The notes under the pieces were generated by a model. It saw nothing but the letters and a program-made list of their open reading frames with translations, was not told the DNA's origin and searched no databases. 64,000 nt of DNA, taken from contig AP024666.1 in assembly GCA_024346625.1 (NCBI GenBank), positions 620,001 to 684,000 on the forward strand. The letters run 5' to 3'. Below are positions 1 to 11,656 of the stretch, in pieces. This stretch comes from Williopsis jadinii (taxonomy: Eukaryota). The first letter of the stretch is position 1, and each line of letters opens with the position of its first letter. The position numbers and the translations under genes are program-made.

Positions 1-150
1 GTTTTCTTGATTTCAGCTCATTCGCTAGATTATTGCAATGTTTTTTATATCACTGTTAACCAAGAATCCCCCACCCCACCAGATATTATCCAAAGATATT
101 CCACCCTTCAACAAACCATTTGGGAAAGTAGACGTGAAAGCGAACAATGA
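1..150 (+). CDS. Possible 3' end of a gene entering from the left (VFLISAHSLDYCNVFYITVNQESPTPPDIIQRYSTLQQTIWESRRESEQ*)
   Basis: Frame 1 is open from base 1 to TGA at 148-150 with protein-like composition; no recognisable motif. Confidence 0.25.
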   Translation, partial: VFLISAHSLDYCNVFYITVNQESPTPPDIIQRYSTLQQTIWESRRESEQ

Positions 151-887
151 AATACTAGAACCGCTGTAGCTCTTACTAACGCTGTCGATGAAAGAAAAAA
201 ACACTATGGGGAATTGTGGAGCTGACGAAACGAGCACACCTATCTAGATTTATGATTAAAGGCACGTCTGTATAAAACTAACATTAGTTCTCAACGCATC
301 TCAATTTGTAGTTGCAAATACTAGAATAGAGGTATCAAAAATAAGTACATGAACTACATGAGTGTCATCTAATTTGTGGATTTTTCCTGAATTATGATTT
401 GGCAACGTTCATCTTAGGTTATAATTAAGGTACGACAGTGGTCACTAAGTCAGGTCGTAATGCATATGTCTTCATGCATGTCTCAGTTGCAAAGTTGTCT
501 ACCGGACCCTTGAAAAAACATGTTTCAAACTATAGAAGTACTAGCTTGTCTATCAACCAGTCCGATGGAACCAGATCTGTTTTATAACTAGTTGTGGTGA
601 TGCACCCGTTCTGATTCTATAGCATACGAAAATGAATAGGGTACCTTCAAATGGGATGAAAACCCAAATCTTCATAAGAACAATTCATGCAATGTCAAAT
701 GTCAGATGTATGCTGTACTCGCATTCAAACCTAAGCTCCTCATTTCTCACTCATATAAAGGAGTTCTTTGCACGAGTTATGGAAGATCGACAATTGGTTG
801 TAAAGCATACTGTGGACGTTTGATAATTTCTCCCCAGCTGCAAGATATACAGATCAAATGTGATCATTCATGACTCCCACATTGTGT

Positions 888-2918
888 TTACATATATTTT
901 GTTCGATCGAAATAACGAGCAACAGGCAAATCTTCTTTCGATAATTCAGAGGCATCTTCGCCTTTCTCTAGAAGCTTCTGTTCCTTATTATGAATTGTGT
1001 ACAAGTCTCTGAATCTGGACCATTCTTCCAATATGTTGGTATCATTACAGGCACCCGTAAGAGTCAACTCCCCATTTTTATCAAATCTTTTCTCTTTTGC
1101 AGGGACCGTTTGTTCATCACAAATCTCATTTGGGACCCAAACTCCAATATCGGGTTGCCAATTATGACCAAAGTTGTTTGTGGCTGTCATTGACTTTTCA
1201 CCATATTTCGCCAAAAGGATGGCTTTATAGTCATTCGGTGCATAAGCCTGTGCACCTTCGTACAATGTGCGTCTTAGTGGGAATAACTCTCTGTGGGAAA
1301 ACCAATTGTAATTTTTACAATGATAAATAGTCTCAGGTGCCTCGTTCTTGAATCTATCAGGGATATCTCTATCATTGTCATTCCAAAGACAGGATATATC
1401 AATATATATGCCCGTTCTTACGTCAATATAACGAGCATCAATCATTTGGTTGTCCCTATGCTGATAGAAATATGGTGTTGTTTGGAAATAGAACAAGTTG
1501 TGACCATTCTCTGGGTTTTCAACAACTAACGATGCATTGAACTTCTTTGACATTTTGGAAAGATCTTTGATGGACATAACTACATCAATGTCAGGATCCC
1601 ATGGTAGGTTACGAGAGTGACGATACCAACCAATCAAATTACCGTACCCAAACCATGAGACAACACCAGCATATTCTGTAAATTTGAACCACGATCTCCC
1701 CAAATGATGTACCATTGTGCTACGTTCCTTGGAAAGAATCATCTGTTTCACAAATGGAAATGTATAGTGATGAAATTCATCAATTTTATCGTACCCGAAG
1801 AATGGGAACAGCCAATAAAACCTGTGGGCATTTGGTAATTCGGCCTTTGAGTATTTCACAAAGTCCAATTCTCGTTGCTGTTCTTCGGTCAGAGATTTCT
1901 GACTTTCAAGGTCTTTAATGATTTGATCAACATTGGGTTTGTCAAAATGGTTCTTTGGAACATCTATGTATTCCTTTAATGAAATCTTCTTGATTTCTTT
2001 GCCTTTCGCTTGAAACACTTCACGCATTTTTTGGGGATATTTGATCAACTCTGAACTAGACTTAATAGCGAACTCTTTCACCTGAGGTTTGGAAATTTCT
2101 TCTTCATCATAGTATAAAGATGCGAATTCGTCCAATGTGTGAGGTCTAGGGGCAACTTCATTCTTAACTGGCCAAGAGAAGTATTCAAAGTCTGTTTCGA
2201 AAACAACATTTCTGGGTAACTCTTGGTAATAATACATGTAAATTGCAGCACAGTAGCCAACATCTTCGAGTTGCTCATAAATTTTGAGTCTTTCCTTAGC
2301 GTATAGATTTTTATTAGGTCTATCGTCGCCATCGGAAAAGTTGTTTATGCAATATTTTTTGACAACACGAGCCAGCTCATCAGGATCATTATTGAACTCC
2401 TTCAAAAGACTCTCGTAGGAATCAATGAAAGCATTTGCTGGTGCGGTATCAACCCAATCAGCCCAATGAAAAGAAAGTTTGTGTGTTTTAAGATAATTCT
2501 CTGGATCGTCATGTTCTTCGTATATTTGTAGCAATTTGTTCCAATGAGCAACAGCAGAGTGATTAGAAGTGAAGTCGTTGTAGGTTCTACTCCTACTCAC
2601 AAAAGTTTGTGGATTTAAACTCGATCTGAATGTGTTGAGGAACCCACTAGCCTGGAAAACTTGGAGATCCAATCTAAGGAAATTATTCAAATTTCTTGAG
2701 GCCTCCATGTATTGTGAATAGTTTGACGCATTGAAGATTGTCGATGAGAGTAAAAGATTTGAAAATAGAAATAACGATGCAACGAGTAGTACCAACTTTG
2801 ACTTCAGTAGTATATTCTGTTGTGAGGGATGAAGCACAGTTTTGTTTGACCCAGACGACGAAACGACGTTAAAAAGGCTCTGTATAGCCAACTGAAAGAT
2901 TCTCCTCCATGACCACAT
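888..2918 (-). CDS. Mnn4/LicD-family mannosylphosphate transfer protein (type II Golgi membrane protein)
   Basis: 676-aa ORF with an N-terminal hydrophobic anchor, 'FHWADWVD', and LicD motifs 'WFGYGNLIGWY...LPWDPDIDV' and 'IDARYIDVRTGIYIDI'. MNN4/MNN14-family paralog; orthology uncertain. Confidence 0.85.
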   Translation of the reverse strand: MWSWRRIFQLAIQSLFNVVSSSGSNKTVLHPSQQNILLKSKLVLLVASLFLFSNLLLSSTIFNASNYSQYMEASRNLNNFLRLDLQVFQASGFLNTFRSSLNPQTFVSRSRTYNDFTSNHSAVAHWNKLLQIYEEHDDPENYLKTHKLSFHWADWVDTAPANAFIDSYESLLKEFNNDPDELARVVKKYCINNFSDGDDRPNKNLYAKERLKIYEQLEDVGYCAAIYMYYYQELPRNVVFETDFEYFSWPVKNEVAPRPHTLDEFASLYYDEEEISKPQVKEFAIKSSSELIKYPQKMREVFQAKGKEIKKISLKEYIDVPKNHFDKPNVDQIIKDLESQKSLTEEQQRELDFVKYSKAELPNAHRFYWLFPFFGYDKIDEFHHYTFPFVKQMILSKERSTMVHHLGRSWFKFTEYAGVVSWFGYGNLIGWYRHSRNLPWDPDIDVVMSIKDLSKMSKKFNASLVVENPENGHNLFYFQTTPYFYQHRDNQMIDARYIDVRTGIYIDISCLWNDNDRDIPDRFKNEAPETIYHCKNYNWFSHRELFPLRRTLYEGAQAYAPNDYKAILLAKYGEKSMTATNNFGHNWQPDIGVWVPNEICDEQTVPAKEKRFDKNGELTLTGACNDTNILEEWSRFRDLYTIHNKEQKLLEKGEDASELSKEDLPVARYFDRTKYM

Positions 2919-4249
2919 TGTTCGATTTGCCTTTCACGTAGTGAATGGTGGCAGTCAACAATGGAGCAATACCTAAACAGTTCAGTAAATAGAGAGGAAT
3001 GCTTAGAGGCCATCCTCCTCAATAAATATTTCAGGACCCAATTTCGGGGCTTTTGTTGCTGTTGCTGTTTGGTACAAATTTGACCCTAGAGCCAATCAGT
3101 AGCTGCAGCTACAGCATATTCTGTAAAAGATAGGGGGAAGCCCCTCATGCTTATGCGCCTGGTTCACTTTCACTGGGCCTACCCCTAGTCTTTTATTTTT
3201 AAACGGCATTCACATCTAAAACCTGTCCCTTTGCTAGTTTTCTCTATACGTGAGGTTCTTCTTTTACAACGAAAAGTTATATTTTGAGAAAGAATTCTCT
3301 TAAGCTATCTAGTAATGGTGACTGTTGAGTATGTAAATTTAGCAACCGTCTGTTCTCTGGTGTATTTAGTCTACGAGTCCCTGATCCTAAAATTGCCCAA
3401 GCAATACGAAGTGGAAATATGCATTGAAATTTGAGGTAATGGCTCCAAAAGTGGTCGAATTGATCATCCGGCTGTCTTTTTTGAGGTCCCTTGGCAACCC
3501 AAATTTGAGCTTGCATGCATATGTGTAAGGCATCTTGGTGTCGTGTGCAGTGAAATGTGGTAGCGCAAATCAGGAGTAGATTTGCACACGCAAAAATATT
3601 TTTGGGTTCAGGTTTTCACTTCAGGCACTAGAGGCACTTCAGGCCGTCGGAATTTGCGAAAGAAGGAGATTTCGTGAAGTGTTTGCGCCAATGTTAAGGT
3701 CGACTCTAAAACATTTTCCTAACTTTTATAATCATATTCTACAAGTGACTTTAATAGTTATTGGCATGTACTGACATTTTGATCCCAAATTTTTTGATTT
3801 GCACAAATATTCTTGTCAAATTCTCTTGTTCAAGTTTACTTAGGCGCCTGTGAGCCTAGCCCTCAGCCACTGACCACTAGTAGACCCACACAGGCGCACA
3901 AACCCAAACTAGATCGGGAAAAAAGGTTTCAACGAGAACGAAAACGGCGAAACTTGGGGCAATTATTGACGTCAATGAGAGTAAACATGGTGTTCAAGTG
4001 TTACCATTTTTCTAATGACTCTGCCCATTATCAGTAATTTGATAGCGTTAAGTCAACTATTAAAGAAAGGTTGTGTCTTTGAACTGTTCTAATTAGCTGA
4101 GCAAAGAACTACAAAACCTCTTGTTTCATATTATCCTTATGATTTATCCCCTGAGAATGTTCTCATGAAAAGATTTTAGAAGAGTTCGTGGACCACTAAC
4201 AAACAACTTACATAGTCGTTGTTGGGACAAAATGTTGTGTTGAATCTTG

Positions 4250-7200
4250 AGAATTGACTGTTATTTCTCATTGATTCTTCAGAAAACAGAGCGACGAATT
4301 AAGTGTTGGTGTGAGCATGGGTAGAACTGTATCAATTTCGCTAGAATAATTTGTGTAGATGTCAAAGTGTTCACTGGCTTTGAAACCCACCCAGTTTCAA
4401 CATAGCCACATGAGGAAATTTGGATGTCTCGCCAAGCTTGGCCAGATCTTCAAGTACATTCCTGTTCTCAATGAAAGAGTTGAGACATTACAGGGCACTG
4501 TTCCACGGCCTTACACATTAGTTCCTGAATTTTTGGTGGCTTTTTGCTTATCCATCCATTGATCGTGGAATGTTATGTGAATGTTATTCTTAACCAGTAA
4601 AGCATGCGACTTTATACACCTCTTGTACAGCTTATTTGGATCAAATATTGTAGGGTTCAATAAATCAGTGCTGGAAACGGTCTTGTTTCTAGAGGTCGCA
4701 TCCATATATTACTGATAAGCATCAATTGCCTCTTCACCACGACCCAAGATGTTCATCGCACCAGGGTCTACTTGATTGATGCTTCAATTGAACTAGCAAC
4801 GTATCTCGTCACTGGAGGATTGTGCACTGAGTCGTGGATACATTTGGCGTGTTGGACTTATCTCGTGCACCCTGCTTCTTAATGGCTTCCAATTTCGCAA
4901 TTTCGCAATCACCGTTTATTCGAGGTTGCGAGTATTGCTTTGCAAAAATTCGTTCATACCAGAATTTCGGGAAATAAAATTATCCGCGTAGTTGGACGAG
5001 GACCAAAACACTTCCTCGCCTGTATGGATAGGTCCAGTAAAAGATGTCACACTACTATTAGGGTTCATTGGCAACTTGCTGATTAGGAAAATGAAAACCA
5101 GCTAGCAAAGCTTTTTACCTTGGAAATTTTAGAGCACAGATAACGAGAAGTAACGAAAACTCACTGTTTTGAGAATACAGTTGCATGTTCCAGTTTTCTT
5201 CAGAGAAACGGAGATTCCGTTGTCTTGCGGAAACTGTAAACAAAATATGGCTGATTATGTATTCCAATTCAACGGAAGAATCAATTCATTAACAGCAGCA
5301 ATAGAGTATTATCACTATTGTCAACGTTAAATCCGCAGATACCATCAACATCCTTTCTAGGGAACAATATTCAAGTCATGGGAGCGCACTGTACTCGAAA
5401 CACGGCAGCCGTAGTGACTATGAGCCTGAGTCTCCCAATTATCAAATATGGTAGTGGATGATAAACCTGCTTTGGTACAATTGGTAGTTTGGATTCTTTT
5501 ATGAATGATTTTTCCTCTGTTATGGGCTTGAGTCTTCAACTCTTTGAATATGGCAACTAGTAACCCTGTAACCTTCTTAACCGCTTTCCATTGATTAGAT
5601 CACTCAGCGTACAAAAGAAGTCAATGTGAGCACCCAACAATTCATTTACCATCTCTTTCGGTGCATTCTCCGTGAAGTTGAGATATTCTTTTTGCCCTCA
5701 TCGATAATGATCGAATTTTCCGACCTCCCAAGAAGATTTTGTAATATCATGTCTACACACTAAATTTTGAAGAACTGGTATCAGCTTGATAAAAAACAGG
5801 AGACGCCACTCCTGGTGGAAGAGTCTCTGGAGTGATCATGAACGGATCGTAGTGCTAAAAACTTCAGGACCAACACCCCAGCCCTTGTAACCATCACTTC
5901 ATAGGGTGGAATATCATGGAATGTCCCATTCCATGATCCATTAGACGGTGTTTAATCCATACCGGTCATAGGTGATGTTCACAGCCGGTAAACTGTAAGG
6001 TGAAGATGAAAAACTGCAAACCTTTATTGCCTCAGCTTACTGTGGATGTGTATAGATTTGGTTCAGAAGAATATCCACAGCAACGACGCATGAAAGGGTG
6101 ATCATGAATCTGCAAATGTTTTCGGAAATCATGCAAAAAAAATTCACGCAGGAATAGTAACCACGAAAAACGAAAGGGAATTGGAAACAAATAACTTTGT
6201 AGCTCTTGTCTGACTCGCCTCTTTGTTCGGTAATTTGCACAATTTAGAAGCTTCAAAAGGCTCTAAAAATCTACTCGACATGGCTCAATCTATAAAGCTT
6301 GATCTTGCTTTGTGTGAGTTGCAACTACTAGAATACTTCCAGGATTACTGAGGTTATTTCAGCCTCCTGCAAGGCCGACCTGTACATAGCTGCACAGTAC
6401 TTATGATTCAACTACTGAGGTAGTATACCAGTACTAGTCTCAAAACCTGCACTAAATAGAGACTTGAAATTTCACATCGGGAGGTTGTCATGTACGTTCG
6501 AACAGCGACAGCCTCAAACACCGGAGTGGTAGAGAAACCTATTTGCTGGAAACTTCTCTGGTGCAATTGTTTGATTCTTTTTTTTCGGTACATAATGTTG
6601 CATTGTCTCATCTCTGAAGCAAGGGATCAGAACCATCACCTATATAATATGACAGCTCATAGGTTACAGCAACCTCCAGTATGCTTCCCTGAAATCCGAA
6701 TGCCAGATTGGGCACTCCAACTTCAAGGTTCGAGCTTCAGAAGTGTATGATTTCTGTTAGTTTAGATAGTTGTAACAGTGTTGCTTGATTTGTTTCACTG
6801 GGCTTGCCAGTCATTGGTATCAGGTAAGTGTCTACATATGGGCGTTCAGACTCACAAGTTCAGGGGGGAAGCATTCATTCATTCTAGCTAGCAATCTGAA
6901 ACCAATGATAATGAGATACACGCAACTGAGAGTTGAGGGGTCCGTTCACAAGTGCATCGTGCGATAACTCATATAGCATGGTTGATGATTCCTCAAGTCT
7001 TACAAATGCCAGGCCCAAGTCATCTTAAATCGACGGGCAAAATGTGCAATCTCAAACATGATTTTATTGCATTATCTGTTCGCACATTGTATCGATGAAA
7101 TGGCCCTGGGTTGTGGGAGATGGCGAAACAACGTTGGTTTATCAGTTTTGAACAAATCCCAAATTTTCAAATACTAAATAATACAAGATTTATTCAATGG

Positions 7201-7835
7201 TCCAATTGTCAGTCTAGTCAAGGTATCAGAATAAGTTCATTTCCCCTCGTTTACATTTGTATGGATTTCTGTGTGCTCTTGTTCTATGCAAAAAGCCTGG
7301 TAAGTCGCTAGCTGATTTGATAATTGGATGATGAACAAAATCTGTTTCATATTTAGTGCCACTTTGATCCCTGTTTATTTTGACTCTAGGTGTACACAGA
7401 AGTTCACCACACCAGGGCAGCGAGGCGCCAGTTGTGGTCCATCTGAACGTCGGTGTCTCAGATAGTAGTTGGTGAGAACACTTTGAATGAATCTGCTGTC
7501 ACTCATAAGATTTGAGAACTATCAAACTGAATCAATGCACATTGGTTGGTCAAAGTAACGATCAATTAATACTTCTGTGAAATATTGTAAATCCACCTTT
7601 CTACTTTGACAAAGAAGATATCCCTCTATCAACGACCTCATTGACCGCTTTGTATGTGTCATTCGCCTTCCGAACTCTCTTTGCTGTTATGCTTCAGTGC
7701 TTTGGTCCTCTCTCATATGCTAGGTTAAATGCCAACGTAACTGCCAAATCAATGGAATCTTACAATTTGTAAAACTCGTCTTACCAACCCCATCGACCAA
7801 CGGCTCAGTATATGCGGTCTAACTAGTAGACATGG
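4250..7835 (-). pseudogene. Decayed protein-coding relic(s) of unidentified family
   Basis: Manual minus-strand translation gives protein-like segments broken by stops and frameshifts, e.g. 'EPLVDGVGKTSF', 'KVDLQYFTEVLIDRYFDQP', 'HPIIKSASDLPGFLHRTRAHRNPY', 'LF*YLD*TDNWTIE*ILYYLVFENLGF', 'ILGRGEEAIDAYQ*YMDATS', 'VLEDLAKLGETSKFPHVAMLKLGGF'. Boundaries are approximate and there may be two genes. Confidence 0.4.
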
Positions 7836-7888
7836 CCTTAAGGATCTAAAGTAGCATAGAAACAACCCAGTGGACATTCTTCCTTAGA

Positions 7889-7925
7889 TGTTTGGGTGTT
7901 TGGGTGTTTGGATGTTTGGGTGTCT
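7889..7925 (+). repeat. Tandem 8-mer (TGTTTGGG)x~4.6, telomere-like / Rap1-site-like
   Basis: tgtttggg tgtttggg tgtttgga tgtttggg tgtct read directly from the sequence. Confidence 0.85.
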
Positions 7926-8040
7926 ATACTCCTCAGGATTTTGCCAATGAGTACACTTCCAGATACAAATGACACTTCACAGAAGGTGGTTGTAACAAAA
8001 GAATCGGTCATACCGATCAGTCCGGAGCTAACAGTACATT

Positions 8041-9915
8041 ATGACTAACGTTTCCGTTACTGTACATTCACTCAAGAATCAAAATGATGCCGTTGTGACA
8101 TTGATCTCACCAGTGATGTCTGATCTCTCTCTACTGGCATCTCTAATGCTACATACAGGGAGATCAAATGGCGATACACTTACCATAAACAACAATAAGT
8201 CAAGGATTTTCTCCTGCAATGATAATGATACATTTCTTCAACAACTTCAAATACAGCCTTATGTTGTCAAAATAACACTAAATGAAAGAGACCAATATGG
8301 CGTTGCTTCGTGCTTGGATAGCACACGGATCATTGTGAATTACTTAATATCTCAACCATCCACACATCAATCTGAACCTCTCAGAACGCTTCACGTCTCA
8401 CACAGCTTATCTGAATCCTGGTCCTCAAGTTCAGAGCTTCACAAGGCTCCAATAAACACATATAAGCTCAAAATGTCACCACCGGTACAGAGCTCTCCAG
8501 TGAAGATCATTGACCACGAAGATGTTATCAACGATCCATTTGACTACTTCCTGGATAAGTATTTCTCCAATCTGTATCTCCTCTCAACACCATTGACTGT
8601 ATTTACTAAGTCAGTTTTTGCAAGACTACGAGCAATCTGTTTGAAGGATTTGAAGTTTTATGAATCCATTTTATCACAGTTTGTCATGAGATTGGACCAA
8701 TTTGACCAGAGGCATTCAGCATTAAACAACGGATTGCTGAACTCTTCGACACTCTTCGAGAAAGAGGAAATATACAGAAAGGAATTCATTGCAAAATCTT
8801 TAAACTTGGTGGATTTCGATATTCATTCCCAGGATTACCAAGAAACTAACAGAAGCTTGGGTCCCCTGTTAAGCGGTTTCAAAGTTAAGGAAACTCAACT
8901 ACAAATATTAATCCTGTTAGAATTGATTGCAATAACCGATAGGGATGATAAAAGGTACTTTAAGCCTGTAAAAATGCAAAAGCCAAAGAGAAAACTTGTG
9001 GGAAAGAAGAAAATCACACCAATACTGAACGGAATGGGTATTGACACAGGTAGACAGCGCTCAAAGTCTCTATCAATGGAACAGTTGTCGTACAATCAAT
9101 TATTGGACCTTTATATTGAGAAGCTGGCCATTAATGATCTGTTAAATGGTTCCTCGTCAAATGAAAACTACACTCCAAAGTTCATCAACTATACAGTGGT
9201 TCCATTCTTTGAGAAAAAATGTCCTCATTCAGTCAGACATATGATCAAAAAGATCAAAGGACCATCTTTCAAACCCCCTGATTCTAAACAAGCTGATAAA
9301 ACTAGAAAACGGGATAAGGTGAGCAAACCAATCTTACAGAGATCACAATCTACTCGGTCCAGACTGGAAGATATTGAAGAATTGAATTCGTCATTAGTAC
9401 GTTCGAATTCAGAATTGGAATCACTTAAGAGAGTATCTTCGTTTAATTCGAAGATACTTTCCAAACGAGAAATTGATGTTTCAGTTCCAGTGTTTGAAAG
9501 TAAACCGCTGAAGACGTCAAATTCTCAAATATTCAACCGTGTTGGTAAAAGAACAGCCTCCACTACGTCTCTCAGGTTGACAAAGTCATATAGTCAAATA
9601 GAAGCTACTCCGATCAAGAAAGGAAAGATCGTCGATATTATCAATACTCCAAATGACAATGTGAAGAATACGCAGGGTCAAATACCGGGCTCTGCAGAGA
9701 GTGTTGTTATTGAGGATAGTGGGAGTGCTCTCGACACTGCTGTATGTTCATCGCCCATTGCTGTGCGTACTCTGGGTAGTCCAATCAATGTAAGGTCGAA
9801 ACCCCAAAAGAAAGAGCCTTCAAAGGACTTTACAGAATCATCACCGAGACTAATGGATAGCCCTGTTACAGCAAAAAACGTCAGAAGACGTTTGTTTGCT
9901 CCGTCAAAGACTTAA
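8041..9915 (+). CDS. SLD3: DNA replication initiation factor Sld3
   Basis: Sld3 domain 'DPFDYFLDKYFSNLYLLSTPLTVFTKSVFARL', C-terminal S/T-P CDK sites and 'RRRLFAP' end; adjacent to TAF6 as in S. cerevisiae. Confidence 0.85.
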   Translation: MTNVSVTVHSLKNQNDAVVTLISPVMSDLSLLASLMLHTGRSNGDTLTINNNKSRIFSCNDNDTFLQQLQIQPYVVKITLNERDQYGVASCLDSTRIIVNYLISQPSTHQSEPLRTLHVSHSLSESWSSSSELHKAPINTYKLKMSPPVQSSPVKIIDHEDVINDPFDYFLDKYFSNLYLLSTPLTVFTKSVFARLRAICLKDLKFYESILSQFVMRLDQFDQRHSALNNGLLNSSTLFEKEEIYRKEFIAKSLNLVDFDIHSQDYQETNRSLGPLLSGFKVKETQLQILILLELIAITDRDDKRYFKPVKMQKPKRKLVGKKKITPILNGMGIDTGRQRSKSLSMEQLSYNQLLDLYIEKLAINDLLNGSSSNENYTPKFINYTVVPFFEKKCPHSVRHMIKKIKGPSFKPPDSKQADKTRKRDKVSKPILQRSQSTRSRLEDIEELNSSLVRSNSELESLKRVSSFNSKILSKREIDVSVPVFESKPLKTSNSQIFNRVGKRTASTTSLRLTKSYSQIEATPIKKGKIVDIINTPNDNVKNTQGQIPGSAESVVIEDSGSALDTAVCSSPIAVRTLGSPINVRSKPQKKEPSKDFTESSPRLMDSPVTAKNVRRRLFAPSKT

Positions 9916-9993
9916 TTGGATCTACTCACCAATAGATATTACGAATGTTACGGTATTTGTTCATCATTAAGCCATGTATTTGTATAGTACAGT

Positions 9994-11406
9994 TCATTTG
10001 GAGCTCCCAAAGAATATCGCATCATGTATGGCTTTTGCAGACATATCCTCGCTAATCTTCTCTGCAATGACACTACCAACTCTTTGAGACAACTTTTCCT
10101 TCTCATCATGTGAAAGTTCAACCTCCATATCAGAGTCCTGCGTAGAAACTAATCCCTTGATGGTTTTCACAACAGTCTGTATTAGTACATCTCTATCCTC
10201 TGGTTTCAAATTAACCAACACTGTTTGACTCCAATTTGAGAGATTTCCCAAGATTGTAAGTCTAACAACTTCATCACCCAAGCTGCGGAGTCCAATTATC
10301 GCACCGTACAAGGTGCCAACAGGTTTGTTGGAATCCAAGAATGCCTTTAACAATGTTCTTGTAACTCTTGGGCGTAAAGTGGTATAGTTCTTCCCATAAT
10401 TCTTGCAAACGTGTTCAAGCAGAGAAGCTGCGAAATCACGCACAGCAAAATGTTCATCATTCGTTCCAATGCGCTTTGCAAGGAGAAGAGTAAGGATACA
10501 AGGCATCAAAGCATGTATGTATGGATCGAGAAATATGTTATCGTTCGAAAGTAGCGAATAAATCACCTCGAGCATTGTAGAAAGCAGGTAGATGTTGTCT
10601 AAATGATGAGTGATCTGTTCTGAGATGAACTGGATGAAATATGGCAGGAGTTGGTGAAGACCTGGATCTGAACGTAAGGACGAAAGCGCTGCCTGTCTCA
10701 AGTGAAGAGTTGTTTCGTCCTGTTCGGTTTTAGTGAGAGCTTGGATGACTTTATCAAAGTACAACTGAAGCTCCTTTGACAATACGTGTTTCACCAGTGG
10801 TCTCACTTCTGCATCCTTATTCAAAGCTGTGGTGTTTCCATTGGCAACGTGTGAATTCGTGGATACACCAATGGAGTTCTCTGTAAGCTGATGGGAAAGA
10901 GCTCCTCTAGAGGCTGGAGGCAGCTGTCTGATTTCAGTCTCGAGAGGGTTTTGAGGAATTGCAGGTTGAACTCCTTCAATAGCAAGCCAATGAGCTGTGA
11001 AAGTTGTTGCTCTAGGAACTTTTGGCAGTGGCTCGTTCACTAACTTCTCAAAATCAACCTCTTCATCGTCAATGTAGTACAACGTCTGCCCATTACCGAC
11101 CAACGCCTCTTTGAACTGCAACGGTCTGGAGACATCGTACCCGTATAAGGGCTCAACGTTCAACACTTTCAACGCCTTTTCGATATCTGTCGTGGATAGC
11201 ACACGACGCTTCGAGTGGCGCATGAACTTCACAGCTTGTTCCAATATCTCATGGATTCGGTACTCTACATCCATCGCAAGGTTTTTCGACGTTTCCTCGT
11301 TCAAATCGGTAAGCCCAAGCGAGTCCGCAACATCCTTAACGGTGTCGATTGGAGACCACAGCGTATGCGACAATGGCTGTTTACCCTGCTGATTGTGAGA
11401 TGCCAT
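9994..11406 (-). CDS. TAF6: TFIID/SAGA subunit Taf6
   Basis: Histone-fold 'LAMDVEYRIHEILEQAVKFMRHSKR', 'AHWLAIEGVQPAIPQNP', 'DPGLHQLLPYFIQF'. Confidence 0.97.
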   Translation of the reverse strand: MASHNQQGKQPLSHTLWSPIDTVKDVADSLGLTDLNEETSKNLAMDVEYRIHEILEQAVKFMRHSKRRVLSTTDIEKALKVLNVEPLYGYDVSRPLQFKEALVGNGQTLYYIDDEEVDFEKLVNEPLPKVPRATTFTAHWLAIEGVQPAIPQNPLETEIRQLPPASRGALSHQLTENSIGVSTNSHVANGNTTALNKDAEVRPLVKHVLSKELQLYFDKVIQALTKTEQDETTLHLRQAALSSLRSDPGLHQLLPYFIQFISEQITHHLDNIYLLSTMLEVIYSLLSNDNIFLDPYIHALMPCILTLLLAKRIGTNDEHFAVRDFAASLLEHVCKNYGKNYTTLRPRVTRTLLKAFLDSNKPVGTLYGAIIGLRSLGDEVVRLTILGNLSNWSQTVLVNLKPEDRDVLIQTVVKTIKGLVSTQDSDMEVELSHDEKEKLSQRVGSVIAEKISEDMSAKAIHDAIFFGSSK

Positions 11407-11656
11407 TTCCTTGATACCTTCCTCGATCGCTAAGCCAGGCCCCTTGTCCGCAGCTTTTGTTGTTGAGTCTTGTTCTTCAGTCCTGTTGATGTTGTTGTGT
11501 ATGTTTTTTTCTCCCTCTCCCTCGAATCCATCGTCGGCTTACACCGCTTCGAAGCGCGCACACACAGCTCTCACATTTTACGTATACACGTCAAAAGGAC
11601 TAACATTACAAATTGTGTTGATTATTAATTGTTTAACGATGATAGTTCATTTATGT

